DNA of 62,957 nt, filler included, from Chiloscyllium plagiosum (GCF_004010195.1; 5 parts of one record of this genome joined end to end with filler, not necessarily neighbours in it), one strand, 5' to 3'. Positions 38,617 through 52,861 are shown, counted from the first letter of the whole stretch. Notes: generated by a model not told the origin, from the sequence alone. A program made the numbers and translations.

Positions 38617-38716
38617 NNNNNNNNNNNNNNNNNNNNNNNNNNNNNNNNNNNNNNNNNNNNTTAATTAATTAANNNNNNNNNNNNNNNNNNNNNNNNNNNN
38701 NNNNNNNNNNNNNNNN

Positions 38717-39170
38717 CACCCTGCCACCCAGCTTTGTGTCATCAGCAAATTTGCTAATATTACTTTTAATACCTTCATCTATATCATTAATGTACATTGT
38801 AAAAGGCTGCGGTCCCAGCACTGATCCCTGCGGCACACCACTGGTCACCGCCTGCCATTCCAAAATCAACTTATTATAACCTGCTCTTGTCTCCAAATTT
38901 ATTGATGAAAGCCAGAAGCTGAAAAATATATTCAGCTTCTTTTTTTAAGGAAAGGCAGAATTGTGAAAGAATTGAAAAAGTTTATCACTACTCTTTGTTT
39001 CCTGTCAGTCAACCAATTTTCAATCCATGTCAGTATTTTGCCCCTAATACCATGTGCCCTAATTTTGCTCACTAACCTCCTATGTGGGACTGTATCAAAG
39101 GCTTTCCGAAAGTCCAGGTATACTACATCCACTGGAAATCCCTTGTCCATCTTCAGAGTTACATCCTCAA
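38717..39170 (-). mobile_element. CR1 RT fragment with a foreign 115-bp insert
   Basis: VDVVYLDFRKAFDTVPH...QRVVIN [insert] [16 protein letters not shown]...[10 protein letters not shown]. Confidence 0.93.
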
Positions 39171-41509
39171 ATCGTTACCCCCTGACCATCAGCTATCTCT
39201 GTAGCTTTGAAATGAGGGCTGCTGACAACCATGACAAACTTTCTGGTTTTATGGATCTGCTGATTGGCAGAGCAGTACAGTAGTACTGTGAGCCTGGTAT
39301 CTCTAGCTGAGTGGCAAAGTGCAAGAAGGCAAGGCATACTGAAAGCATCGAGGTAGGCTCAAAAGAAATGAGATAAAAGAACAACAGGCCATAGGTGCAG
39401 TCTGTTCCAATCATGAGCTGAGTGCGTGTCCCTGAGTGTACGGTGTCCTTACTGCAGCAATACAATAACAGATGCCCTTTTCCAAATGCATGTACTTACT
39501 CCCTCATTATGGATAGCCTGGACCCAATTTCTTACTGCCCTTCATCTTGAAAGCTGAATAAAGTGAAATGTAGCAAACAAAAAAATGAGTACCATGCCAT
39601 CTTTTACCTCTGGCACTTACAGCATGAACATTTGTCTTTTTTTCCAGGGAAAGTAGTTTGTCAGTGGCAAAACTCCATCTTGGCCCAGCCTTCCTCACCC
39701 TATCATGGTCCATTGGAACTCCTACTAATTTTCAAATATATTAAGCTGCTTTTCTACTACTCTCCTTTAGTTTTTGTTTTTAAAATATTACTTCAAGGGA
39801 AATGATTAAGGAAATGGCTGCACTCATTTTCTTTATACTTCCTGCTGAGCTAAGTAATTTATCAATCCTTTTAAACAGTTGAAATTTGGAATGATTGTCC
39901 TTCTTGCATTGTGGTTTTGGTCGGTCTTTCACTTCTGTTTCCATCACCATAATTCAGCCTGATTCATTACCAAAGGTCAAGTGGTTTATTGTTAGTTGTT
40001 AAACAATTTCAGTTGTGTCTTTATCCAATATTCAGTTGAATTATTTGATCTATAGTATTAACAAAGAAGTCACTTTGCTTGGACATGCTCTTCAATGAAC
40101 TGTAAACAAGTATTCACATTCACCAGCCAGTCATCTCAAAGTATGACTATATTAATTATAATTTGTCATTGTCTGTTTTATTAGACTAACAAAATCAACT
40201 TATTACAACCTGTTCTTGTCTCCAAATTTATTGATGAAAGCCAGAAGCTGAAAAATATATTCAGCTTCTTTTTTTTTAAGGAAAGGCAGAATTGTGAAAG
40301 AATTGACATTAAAGTAAATAATATGGGAGCTGAAAACATATAAATGGGAGAGGCAATTATAGAATGCAAAATAAAACAAATAAGATGGCAAAGATAATTA
40401 TAATGTGTTTTCTTTTAAGCAAATGTATTTGTTGTGTTTATTATTTATACTAGCAATGCAATAATAAGGTGAAACGAACGAAGTTGGACAGCTCAGTTGG
40501 AATTTGTTGAAACTGTTGATATTAAATCCTGCATTTGTCATTGGCTGATCAATATGGCTATTTGCTTCACATTTTCATTTAAATAACATCCTGCCCGTAT
40601 GCAAAGTAAATTCAATATTGAACAGTATAAGAAAGCATTCTAAGTTATTTTAAATGAGTTTCCTTCTGTTATATGCTTGAATAAAATCTGATACTCCTGA
40701 TTTGAAATATAGTCATTCAAATTGTCAAAATGATGGCTGTCATAGCACAGCTATTTTTATCACACTGCATTTTGCAATTTCACAGGATTTATGTGAATTC
40801 TATGCCAGGAGCTCACACATTATTTGTATATTATTTATTTTATAAATGTGCTCTATTGATGGGGAATCCAGTCCTTCTGACATGAAGTAAGACAAATTAG
40901 ACTTTTCCTGCCCTTAAAACTAATGGGCTGAACATTATTGATATCCAGCATCCATATTTCTAATCATCGCTACCACTGGGTAAGATTCAGTGCCAGTAAC
41001 ACAACTTTGTAAATGTGTCCCTGAATGTTTTAGTGGGATTGGCTATGTGGAACAATGTGGCAGTGATATGATCTCCTGTTTGTTATCAGCAGTCAGTTTC
41101 TGTCACCCCTGATCAAGTGCCTCACCTATCATTCACTACTCAGGCTGTATATATCTTTCAGATGTTAATCTATCCATTGGGGATTAGTGGTTTGTCTGAG
41201 TTCACATTGCATCAGGAATTTTGGAGGATTTTTTTTAACGTTGAGGCCTAGCAAGTTTTTCTCAATCTATCTTTTTGCTTGTGTACAATTTTTGTCCCAA
41301 TTTCCTTTGCACTGTTCCCAGGACAATGTGCCATTGAGCGAATATCTGCCAAAACAATGGCATCACTTGCAGCTTCACAATCTTCAAAAGTCCATTGTGC
41401 ATCTAGATGAGCCTTGACATTCTGAAGTTGCCTTCCTCGTTGACAAACTGAATCGGAACAAGTATGAGAGGGGAAAAATGGTAACTCTTTTCTCTGACAG
41501 GACTTTTCT

Positions 41510-43385
41510 GACACAGAATTTCATAGGCTCAACACACTCTGTGTGAAGAAACTTCTCCTCGTCTCAATGCTAAATGGTTTACTCCATATTCCTAGAGTAT
41601 GACCCTGGTTCTTGACTCTCTAGTCATTGGGAACAACTTTCCCAAGTTTACCCTGTCTAGACCTGATAAAATTTTATAGCTTTCTATGAGGTTCCCCTTC
41701 ATTCTTCTATACTCTAATGAATATGGTCCAATCTCTCTTCATATATCAGTCTGATATATATCATCTCAGGAATCAGTCTGATAAAGCTTTGTTGTGTTCC
41801 CTCCAAAGCCAGGACATCCTTCCTCATGGAGACCAAAACTGCACACAATATTCCTGGTCTGATCTCTATATAATTGTAACAAGACATCCCTGGTTCTGAA
41901 TTCGAAACCTCCCGCTATGAAGACCAACATACCATTTGTCTTCTTCACCATCTGCCACAACTACATGCTTACTTTCAGCAACTGGTGTACAAGAACATCT
42001 ATGTCGCATTGTACCTCCCACTTCCCCAAACTAACACCATTCAGATAATAAAGTGTCTTTCTACACTTGCATTTACATCTGTCAGAGTGGATAACCTCAC
42101 ATTTTTTCACAGAATATTTCATCTACCATGCATTTGCCAACTCACTCAGCTTGTCCAAATCACACATCCACATGTCAGTCCACCCTTCCACTTAGCTTTG
42201 TGTTGTCTGCAGACTTGAAGATAGTACATTTAGTTCCCTATCTAAATTGCAAATATTTGGGTCCAACCGCTGATCCCTCTGCTACCTACTAGTCACTGGC
42301 TGCCACTCAGAAAATGACCTTTTATTCTTACTCTATGTTTTGCTGTCTGCTAACCAGTTCTCTATCTAATACACTACCTCCAATCTTATATGCTCTAATT
42401 TTACATGCTAATTTCTTTCATGCAACTTTATCAAAAGTTTTCTGAAAGTCCAACACACCTTATTCACTGAGTCCCCCTTATCAACTCCAGTAGTACATTT
42501 TCAAAACATTCTGGTACATCTGTCAAGCATGGTTTCCCTTTCATAAATCCATGTTGCCTATATTCAGTCCTGTCACTGTTTTCCAACTACTCTGTTATTA
42601 AACTTTTCATAGCAGCTTCCAGCATTTTCCCTACCACTGATATCAGACTGTAATTCCCTGTTTTCTCTCTACTTTATGTTTTACATTTTGGGGTTTCATT
42701 AGTTAGTCTCCATAGGAATTGTTCCAGAGACTACAGAGTCTTAAAAGATGACCACTAATGCATCCAGTACATCTCAGGCCACTTCCTTAAATGCTTTGGG
42801 ATTGGACCCTGTGGATTTAACAACTTTTAACCCCATCAATTTCCTTAACTCTATTTTCTTATTAAAACTTATTTACATCTATTGTGTTCCCTAATAGTTT
42901 TGGATGTTATTTGTGTCCTTCTTTGTAAAGACAGAATGAAAATATGCATTAAACTGACCTGCCATCTCTTAGTTCCACATTATAATTTGCCCTGTTTCTG
43001 ATAGTACGGGATTAACATTTTCCTTCATGGATCTCTGTCACTTCATATACCTGTAGAAGACTTTACAATCAGTTTCTATGCTCCTTAGAGTTTAGTCTCA
43101 TACTTTGCTTTCCTCTGGCAATCAATCACTTTGCCCTTTGCTGAAATCTAACCTGCTCCCAATTCTAAAGTCTGCTGCTTTGTTCAGCCAATTTGTATTC
43201 CTTTTCCTTGGTCTAATACCATCCCTAATTTCTCCTGGTAGCCATGTTAGGCCACCTCTCCTCTTTGATTTTGTGCCATATGGGAATGAACAATTGCAGT
43301 TTCTCTATGCACTCTTTAAATTAGTGTCATTGCCAATCCGTCATCATTCCTTTAAATAACATTCCCCAATTTATCATAGCCATTA
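41510..43385 (-). mobile_element. Old CR1 ORF2 relic
   Basis: MVKKTNGMLVFIAGGFEFRTRDVLLQLY and further RT-like motifs on the minus strand. Confidence 0.85.
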
Positions 43386-43552
43386 GAGTAGAAAAAGTCG
43401 GATGGCTAGATGACTGCCCAAAGTGTGACTCCTCAACCCTTTTGAGGAGGGGGGGGGGGGTGGGAGGTCCTGACTCTGGCCACTGCAAGCAGGCCCTGGA
43501 CTGATATCAGAAGTTACTCTTGACCAAGCTATGCCTGAACTGACCAAAGGTC

Positions 43553-43910
43553 CATGGTGGCTCAATGGTCAGCACTGCTCCCTCATAGCAATGCTGCTTT
43601 ACAGTGCCAGGGACCAGGGTTCGTTTCTCAACCCTAGGTCACTGTCTGTGTAGCGTTTGCATGTTCTCCCCATGTCTGCATGGGTTTCTTTTGGGTGTTC
43701 CAGTTTCCTCCCACAGTACAAAGATATGCAGTTTGGGTGGATTGGCCATGCTAAATTGTCCATAGTGTTCAGGGGTGTGCAGGCCAGCTTGGGTAATCCA
43801 TGAGAAATGTAAGGTTATAAGGATAAGAAAAGGGGTGGGTCTGGGATGTTCTTTGGAGGGTCTATGTAGACTTGCTTAGCCTGCTTCCACACTGTAGAGA
43901 TGATATGATC
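43553..43910 (+). mobile_element. HE1-type V-SINE
   Basis: ggtggctcaatggtcagcactgct head, V-domain and tail. Confidence 0.88.
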
Positions 43911-43911
43911 T

Positions 43912-44402
43912 AGTCCAGGAAATTGATCAATCGTCAATCCTGTTAATCTTTAAACACTATTTCTTGACCAACACTAACTTTGTTTTGTTCCTTGGTTTCA
44001 CAAACCCTTTGGTCACCTAGTATTTCTGGAAGATTTTCTGTATCTTTTACTCTCAAAACAGATGCAGTGATTGTTTAGTTTCTCCACTATAAATGCTCCT
44101 GTCTCTAGCTGCAGTGGGCACACATTTGTCTTAGCTAGACTTTTCCATAAAATGTGCACAAAGAAGCTTTTACAGTCTACCTTTACTTTTGTTTTCATTA
44201 TCTTGCATTCATAGTGCCTTTTACCTTTCTTTATCAGTTTATTCGGCCTCCTTTGCTTGTTCAAAATTGTTTCCCACTTCTCAGATTTCTGGCATCCTAA
44301 AAGCCACTTCCTTTGATATAATACAATCTTTAACTTCCTTCATTAACCATGGTTGATTTACTTTTCCCTTTGGGTGTTTCTGCCTTACAGGAATGTATAT
44401 CT
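43912..44402 (-). mobile_element. CR1 ORF2 relic (APE-RT linker)
   Basis: KLIKKGKRHYECKI...VDCKSFF...KTNVCPL...GAFI. Confidence 0.75.
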
Positions 44403-46289
44403 GTTTTGCATCAACATTTTACTGCAGTGATATGCCAACAACATTCTTATATAAGGTGTACAACAGTCTCCATATAACAGATTTATGTCAACAGCTCCCA
44501 CACTGTAATATTCATTGTGAGTGATCACTGAACAATCTCTCTGAGCTCTTCAATTAAAATGCCAAGCTGTCTAAAATCAATCCAGTGGTGAGTTTACATC
44601 TGTTTCACAAAATAATCTCATATACAATTTCTTTGGATATATGTGCATGAACTGAATAGTTGAGGAGCCTCACTTGCTTTGCTGTTCTCAATTAACATAT
44701 TACATTGGTTTATATGGATCATTGTGTGTTCTAAACTAAATAAGCACAGCTCCATCACTCTGGATTGTTAATTGAAAATACAGTCATGAAAGATTTTCAA
44801 TTGCAGTAACTGTGCCCAAAAAGGTACGTTGTGGACATGCTGAAGTTTGCAATGAATCTTATCTATATCAAGCAACAGTATAATTATGTAGAGTCAGGTA
44901 TGTTGATAGACAAATTTTCCTCAGTAAGTTTTTCACCATTTTTAGCAGAAAAAACTCCTTTAAAGACAAATGTTGGGCCCAGAAGTCCTGGTCTCTGGAG
45001 AATTTTAAGTTGCAACCTCTGACAGGCCTGCCATCTGGAACATTTTAAAAATGTCCCTGTATTGGAGTTTGTGTTAGTAGAGGATTCCAACTCACTTGCC
45101 TGAAGTGTAAGCCAGGAAAAGGCAGAAGGATTAAAAGCTGCTCTAACTCTTGGCTAAGTATAAAACAGTCACTCACTGAACTCCCTCCATGGACACCCAA
45201 CTCATCACTGCCCTCCCTCCTCCACCCCAACTGCCCCTCAAACCCTCCTCTGTCTACTACCTTATATAGACTGACTCAAAGCTACACCACAAACCCATGT
45301 TCCCTCTTGACTCATTCCCTTTCCACCCTACAACTAACCCTACCTGTCACAGACCCCATTATCCTTACCCTCCTTTGATCCCCAAGCACAGACCATATAA
45401 TTGGACCCACTCTGATACCCTCAACACCCATCAAACACAATCTATCCCCACACTCACCCACTTACCTGCTATTCTAACCCCACCAGCTTGACACCAGTAT
45501 GCCCTCACTAAACTGGCACTTTACCTTCTTACCAGCGTGGTACCCTATACCATCACCCATCTAAGATGCTCTTTTCCTATCTATCCGTTCCTCTTTCACT
45601 TAGCTTACACTCTTACGCCCTCTATGTCAAAGTGCCTTCCGGACCCTTTAAAACTTGGGATCCCACAGCCAAGGTCGAAGAAAAGGGAACGGTGTCAACT
45701 CCTATCCACTCTGCTGCTGACTGCATAGATTCCTGCCTTGGACTTGACTACTTCGTTTTGGAAGGCTCTTAATCCAGAAGTTCACTTCGGGAACGGCTCC
45801 AAAGGTAAATGTGTTTCTTTTTGGATTATCAGTATCAGAAATTATCTTTCTGATCTTGATCAGAAGATCTGGGGCTTAGGAATTCTGGAAATTCAAAGTA
45901 AAAGCACAAAATGCTCACATTGCAGACATGTTTGTCAGCACAGAAACATCTGTTATTATCTTTGTGGTTCTTCGTTTAGGTTGTGTCCTTAGTTAGGATA
46001 AATAGAAGCTGCTGGAGGTCAGGCTCTTTGTAAATTTTCTTTAATATTGACTTTTAAAAATCTACAGATAAAAACTTAACATAAAGGTTCACAAAAACAG
46101 GTATCTAAGCAGACACTGTTGTCATTTGATCATACATCATTGTAGACTATCAATTTACATATTTAACATTAATTCCTATCACAACATTGCATCCCCACCA
46201 CAAGTTCATTAACATTATTCAACATCTCCCCTCAAGACTGTGTCTTCATTGCTGGTTCACACAGATAATCATTACTGTGGCTTCACCGA

Positions 46290-46760
46290 TCTTCCTTGTG
46301 CTGTTCTCAGCTCTCTTGAAGAAGGTAGAGGATTCCAGTTCTTAAAGTTTTCTCTTAAATTTGGTACAGTTTGCTGAATAAAGTTTTATTGAACATTTCC
46401 ATCTTGCACTCACCAGAATACTTCTCAAGAATACTAATTCAAGAGGAAAATCAAAGTTTCTGCTGCATGAGTGGAGAGTGCTGATTGGTTGGCAAATGGA
46501 TTCTGATTAGTTATCATCTTCATGGAGAATGCACCAATTAATACTAATTGACAGTCAATTGCCAGGCTTTGTTTAAATTTTAAACCAGGCAGATTGATTG
46601 GTGAGTGTATTACCCTGAGAAAAGAACCAACATTTGGCTGTCACTAATATTGTTGAGGAGAAATGGGTGCAGTGTGTGTACATGCAAAGAACAGAGTGCT
46701 GTGTTTGAATATATGTGGTTTATAGTGTATGATCTACCAAGCAGCTAACAGTAATGTATG
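46290..46760 (-). mobile_element. Old PLE 3' end (another family)
   Basis: Minus-strand TTYIQTQHSVLC resembles the GIY-YIG tail LEATYI..QxPxLC; UTR motif gtgctgattggttggcaa recurs at about 58530 and 58815-58900. Confidence 0.55.
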
Positions 46761-47239
46761 TATTTTTGTCATCCATAACTTGCTATTACTCTTTCTTCCA
46801 TCTTCTCTCTTCAGAAAGTAGCTAAATGCTTTCCCTTGATACTGACTAGGGATTGCACGTGATGCTGTTTGAAGTAATTTCTTTCAATAAATATAAGATC
46901 CCTGGAGACCCATGGAGATTCCCAAGTTATCCTGGTATAATCATTGAAGAATCTCAATCTGATGATTCCAGTTATAACCTATCTCTCATCATAAATCAGC
47001 AAGTCATCATGATACTGAAGTGTTTACATTGCTTGAAGAATTACCTCAGGCTAAGACTTTTTGAGTCATATTCTGGCCATTCTTTAACGCAGTACCTACA
47101 ACTTTAAATATATTTTCTGTCATGCTTGTTGCTCTTTTTGAATTTAATTTAACCTCTGTGTTGTTGCTGGTATGTGTTTTATGACCAATGAAGTAAAGAA
47201 CTTCCTGTCCTTAAAAAAGTTTATGTCATTTTTTCTATG

Positions 47240-47548
47240 CTTTTCGACTGAAATATACGATACTGCATTTGCTATAACTTGATGCTTTTCTTGAACACAC
47301 TCGAGTGTCGCATTAAATCATCTCATCAACTCAGAATAAATTCTGCAATTTTAGTGGTATTTTTGCTAATTCTTTGACATTTAACACTGTAAACAACAGT
47401 GACCTGTCTGTCTCAATGGCAAACTTTAAACCTAAAACAGAGTCTGCAAATTTCTCGCAAGCCCATTTAGCTACTAAGGTTTCCTGTACAATTATTGCCT
47501 CGCAATGCTTCATTTTAGTCAAGTACTTGAATGCATAGTACCTCACAG
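47240..47548 (-). mobile_element. Gypsy pol RNase H relic
   Basis: YYAFKYLT...ETLVAKWACEKFADSVLGLKFAIETDRSLL matches YASRSLT...EALAxxWAxEKFxDYxLGxxFxIETDHKPL. Confidence 0.8.
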
Positions 47549-47609
47549 AGGCAGTGGCATACTTGGTAATTTGACTGACTGAATAATCCAGAGACCCAAG
47601 CTAATGCTA

Positions 47610-47999
47610 TGTGGATAAAGTGAGGACTGTAGATGCTGGAGATCAGAGTCGAGAGTGTGGTGCTGGGAAAGAACAGCAGGCTAGGCAGCATCTGAGGAAA
47701 AGGAGAATCGATTTTTCAGGCATAAGATCTTTATCAGAAATGAAGCTAATGGGTCGGGGATGTGGATAAAGTGAGGACTGTAGATGCTGGAGATCAGAGT
47801 CGAGAGTGTGGTGCTGGGAAAGAACAGCAGGCTAGGCAGCATCTGAGGAAAAGGAGAATCGATTTTTCAGGCATAAGATCTTTATCAGAAATGAAGCTAA
47901 TGGGTCGGGGAGTTAAGAGATAAATGGAAGGGGGTTGGGGGTGGGTAGAATGATGCTGCCTGACCTGCTGTGCTTTTCCAGCACCACTGTAATCTTGAC
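47610..47999 (-). mobile_element. PLE terminus, tandemly duplicated (151-bp unit x2) with a short inverted arm
   Basis: 47610-47760 appears identical to 47761-47911; inverted arm at about 47953-47999. Confidence 0.85.
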
Positions 48000-48659
48000 A
48001 CCAATTCATGTGTTTGCCAACCTTCATCTTTTTTAGCAGCAGATCAAATATTTTAAAATTACAACACATTAAGGAATTATGTCAACTTTTTTCATTCTGT
48101 GGCAATATTTAGAAATACCCAGAATTCCCACCCTTAATCAATACAAACAGGAAAAAAAATGTCAATTTTTATGTTGGCTTGTGGACATAAGTCGGTACAC
48201 CCTCAAAGTACTTTAGCTTGAGAAGTACTTCGAGATGTTTCAAAGATAAAGCTGTTTTTAATCGAACACAATGATGTTGTTTAAATTGCACGTAAACATT
48301 GACTGTTGAAAAGTTAGTTTTTAGTGTCTCAAAAGCCTAATTGTGGACCAGTACAATGGGTTAACTTGGAAATGTCAAAGTGTTGTAATGGGTCATTATA
48401 TCACTTGTCACTTTACACAAGAATGGCCTGCTTGTAAAACATTTTTTTGTCTCCAATGGTTTTTTTGCACCATGCACAGAGCATGAGAGTATAGCATGCA
48501 AGTAAGTGACTTGACGTAACATCTCATCTGACTCTGAACAATGCTGCTAATGCCAATAGAGACGATGTGCTCAAATCTAAAGCAAGGCTTAAACGTACAA
48601 CAGAATTAACATTTTGGGTCCAGTGACCCTTTTCCAGAACACGTGAGTTTGAAAGAAGG

Positions 48660-49087
48660 ATTAGAGTCATAGAGATGTACAGCATGGAAACAGACCCTTT
48701 GGTCCAACCCGTCCATGCTGACCAGATATCCCAACCAAATCTAGTCCCACCTGCCAGCACCTAGCCCATATCCCTCCCTTTTCATGTACCCATCCAAATG
48801 CCTCTTAAATGTTGCAATTGTACCAGCCTCCACCACTTCCTCTGGCAGCTCATTCCATAAACGCACCATCCTCTGTGTGGAAAAAGTTGCCCCTTAGGTC
48901 TCTTTTATATCTGGTCTCTTTTATACCTTTCCTCTCTCACCCTAAACCTATGCCCTCTAGTTCTGGACTCCCCAATCCCAGGGAAAAGACTCTGTCTATT
49001 TGTCCTATCCATGCCCCTCATAATTTTGTAAACCTCTATAAGGTCACCCCTCAGCCTCCAATGCTCCAGGGAAAACAGCCACAGCCT
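48660..49087 (-). mobile_element. CR1 3' end
   Basis: Reverse complement of the 2190-2606 family, starting tagagtcatagagatgtacagc. Confidence 0.93.
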
Positions 49088-49187
49088 NNNNNNNNNNNNN
49101 NNNNNNNNNNNNNNNNNNNNNNNNNNNNNNNTTAATTAATTAANNNNNNNNNNNNNNNNNNNNNNNNNNNNNNNNNNNNNNNNNNNN

Positions 49188-50395
49188 TGCCAGGATGGGA
49201 GGGTGTGTTGTAGGGGGGCGTGGACCTGACCAGGTAGTCACGGAGGGAAAGGTCTTTGCGGAAGATGGAAAGAGGTGGGGAGGGAAATATATTCCTGGTG
49301 GTGGGGTCTGTTTGGAGTTGGCAGAATTGTCAGCGGATGATTTGGTTTATGCGAAGGTTGGTAGGGTGGAAGGTGAGCACCAGGGGCGTTCGTTGGTAGG
49401 GTGGAAGGTGAGCACCAGGGGCGTTCTGTCCTTGTTACGGTTGGAGGGCTGGCGTCTGAGGGCGGAGGTGCGGGATGTGGACAAGATGCGTTGGAGAGCA
49501 TCTTTAACCATGTGGGAATGGAAATTACGGTCTCTAAAGAAGGAGGCCATCTGGTGTGTTCTGTGGTGGAACTGGTCCTCCTGGGAGCAGATCCGGTGGA
49601 GGCAGAGGAATTGGGAATACGGGATGGAATTTTTACAGGAGATAGGAGATGGGAAGAGGTGTAATCCAGGCAGCTGTGGGAGTCAGTGGGTTTGTAAGAA
49701 ATGTCGGTGTCAAGTCGGTCGTCATTAATGGAGATGGAGAGATCCAAGAAGGGGAGGAAGGTGTCAGAAATGGTTCAGGTAAATTTAAGGTCAGGGTGGA
49801 ATGTGTTGGTGAAGTTGATGAATTACTCAACCTCCTCGCGGGAGCACGAGGTGGCAACAATGCAGTCATCAATGTAGCGGAGGAAGAGGTGGGGAGTGGT
49901 GCCGGTATAATTACAGAAGTTGGACTGTTCTACGTAGCCAGCAAAGAGACAGGCATAGCTGGGGCTCATACGGGTGCCCATGGCTAGCCCTTTGGTCTGG
50001 AGGAAGTGGGAGGATTCGAAGGAGAAATTGTTAAGGGTGTTGGAGATGGGCGAAGGGGTCCTTGGAAGGTGTGCAGGAATCCTGATTGTGAAAGTAAGCT
50101 CGGAGACGGAAGCAGCGGAAGAAGTGTTCGACGTCACGGTGTGTATTAAATTCATTGATGTGTGGGCGGAGGGGGATGAAGGTGAGTCCTTTGCTGAGGA
50201 CTGATTTTTCGCCCTCAGTGAGGGGGAGGTTTGGAGGGATGGTGAAAACTCGGCAGGGCTGGGAGCTGGGGTCTGGTGTGGGTGTGGAGCTGGGAGTGGG
50301 GTCGGAGCCAGTAACTGGAGTGGGTGTGATGGTGGGGGGAATGGGGGTGGAGTCATGAGCAGGAGTAGTGTTCCCCTCGGGGTTCTGGCAAATGT
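49188..50395 (-). mobile_element. Penelope-like element RT region, internally deleted
   Basis: FSFESSHFLQTKGLAMGTRMSPSYACLF...FLRYIDDCI...FHPDLKFT...LPFLDLSI...YKPTDSH; N-terminal LSKGLTFIP segment fused near 50038; 35-bp tandem duplication at 49357-49426. Confidence 0.93.
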
Positions 50396-51024
50396 AAGTA
50401 TGCGATAATGGTAAACAGAAATCTGCAAGCTTACATTTGTTAAGCTGGTCTCTGACTATTTAAGAAATATGACACTATAATAAAACTTCCATGTACCATT
50501 TGATCATGGATAAGTTTTACAACAACATTTTAGTAAGTCTAATATTTAAACTTAAAATCATATCATTTTGCGATGTTGAAAAGTGACACATAAATTCTAT
50601 AAAATAATTTCTTTATTAGAAGATTCTGAATTTTTATGTTTGTTGATTTATGTTGCCCAACAATTACATAGTGAAACATAAGTGTTAATTTCCCAGATGA
50701 CTGCTGCTGGGGTATTTGCCAACTATCAGAACTTGCTAGTATATTAGCGTTCTTTATCCTCCTTTGTCTTTGCTTTGTCTGGGGACGAGCTGTTATTAGT
50801 GGTCGTGAATATATCACATAGCGTATCTACAGAAGATGCTCTGTACTGAGATAGCAAGGAAGATTCTTGCATGATAACAGTAAGTACAGCAACATTTGAT
50901 CAGACATAATTACTAGGAACTTTGGGAACTGGTACTTTTCTTCTGTTCCTCTTACACTTCCCCATTTTTTAGATCTCTCCAAAACTAGAATAGAACTCTT
51001 TGTCTTCACTACAGACTGCGTGTG

Positions 51025-51268
51025 GCATTTTCCCCCGACCTATCATCTTCATCCCCTCCCCCACTCACCTATTGTACTCTATGCTCCTTTCTCCCCACCC
51101 CCACCCTCCTCTCATTTATCTCTCCACCCATCAGGTACTCTGCCTGTATTCCTGATGAAGGGCTTTTACCCGAAATGTCGATTTTACTGCTCCTTGGATG
51201 CTGCCTGAACTGCTGTGCTTTTCCAGCACTACTAATCCAGAATCCGGTTTTCAGCATCTGCAGTCACC
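51025..51268 (+). mobile_element. PLE 3' terminus with degenerate hammerhead
   Basis: attcctgatgaagggcttttacccgaaatgtcgatt...ccagcactactaatccag. Confidence 0.88.
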
Positions 51269-52662
51269 TAATGAAAACTTTGTACCTTTTAAATGTTAAG
51301 ATACTTTGTCATTATTTGTAAGTTGCTTTATTCCCTTTTCACCAATAACCTTCTGTTAATTAAGTTGGATTTATGCAGGATTACTTAAGAACTCACTAAT
51401 ATGACTCAAACTTCACTTTGAAAATGGCAGTCACATATTGTAAAAATGTGGTAGTGTTAAACTATATTGATTGGCTCCCAAAAAGCAAACAACTAACTTA
51501 AATTCCTGCTACCCAGAAGTTATCCAGAAGTTGTGCTCTGCCAGAAGATGGCAGAGAATGACAGCCTCAGTATTCTTTGCACTGCTCCGCATGGTGTGCA
51601 GTGATCAATGCCCCTCAAAGTAGTCGACCAGGAAAACATAAATAGTCAAAACCCTTAACAGGTTGAAAGAGACCACAGGACTGCCATACAAAAGATCTCT
51701 ATTTGGGTTAAATGTCAGATTGTAGAAAAGATTGATAACATTGTGTTCAAAGTGACGTCAATGTTCATTAACCTTTCATTTTCTATCATTACATAATGGT
51801 GGGGAATTATTTGCTGCCATTACATCTTGGCACAATCTCTGCATCTGCAACTGAAAATCCTGTTGAAGCTGCTTTGCCAGTTTACCTCAGCACACTTTAT
51901 TGGGCATAATCCAATGGCCCAGGAACAAGTTCTAGCTTGCTGAAAACCTTCTGCAAAGGCACCGCACAACCTCCTCAGCCTGGCTTGGCGGAGGCTAAAT
52001 GATGATGTGGCAGGACATGACATTACTGTGCTAAGATGGCAATCCTTTGGTAACTGTATATGCAATGAATTGAGATGAACAAAGAGAACTCAACCTACCC
52101 CGAGTAGAAATAACTCCTGCATTTAGGTCTATCTCCATTTTAATATTAAAATAACAAGGTTTAGCCCTTAACCACTTAAACTTGTAAATCTTACAATTCT
52201 TATTTCTATGTAAACAGTTTTGCAAATGTATAATCTATGTGTGTGCTCACTCTTGGTGCAATTCTATTTTAGAAAAAAGGGGGATGTTGGGACACTGCTT
52301 TAAGAGCTGAGAACACTAATGAACCATGTTCCAGGAAGGCACCAAAGAGCCAGCATCCCTGAGGACACCAAAGAGCATCCTACTACATTAAGGATTTCCA
52401 GCAAGATGGAGAATAGACAATGATCTGATGACAGGAGCAAAGCCATCTGTTGGACAGGAACAGCAATAGCCAAGAGTAGTCCCAAGGACTCCAGACAACA
52501 GTTGGGAAGCACTGAGAGTGGCCAACCCAGCACAAGAGTTCAGCAAACTAAACAAAACTCATCTAGTTTGACAACTCTGTTCCTAGGTGTTTATTGCTAA
52601 GGTAGCAATGTAAATTTGCCTCATGTCTAGCTAAATTTGCAGCCATAAGAATAATCTACCCT

Positions 52663-52861
52663 TGTGGATGAAATAACTCCGCAGAAGCCAGTATCTAATC
52701 ACCAATTCACCCTTTATTTACATATGCAAAATCCTCAACTCTCAGAGTGAACAGAGCCCTAACACTCCTGTACTTATCTGTCAGCAGGGCTCCCTGATTG
52801 GATCAGGTTAATAGCCTCAATCAGGGAACTCATATTCTGAGGTACACATGACTGACCACAT
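52663..52861. mobile_element. Probable short solo LTR truncated by a PLE
   Basis: Starts with TG, has tttatt (minus-strand polyA signal) and an internal ccctgattg/caatcaggg inverted repeat; right end not resolved. Confidence 0.45.

Noticed and set aside
41415..41417. In-frame TGA in an exon-like segment as selenocysteine
   Set aside because: No redox motif or SECIS is evident, and neighbouring candidate exons have TAG/TAA stops, so decay or chance is more likely.
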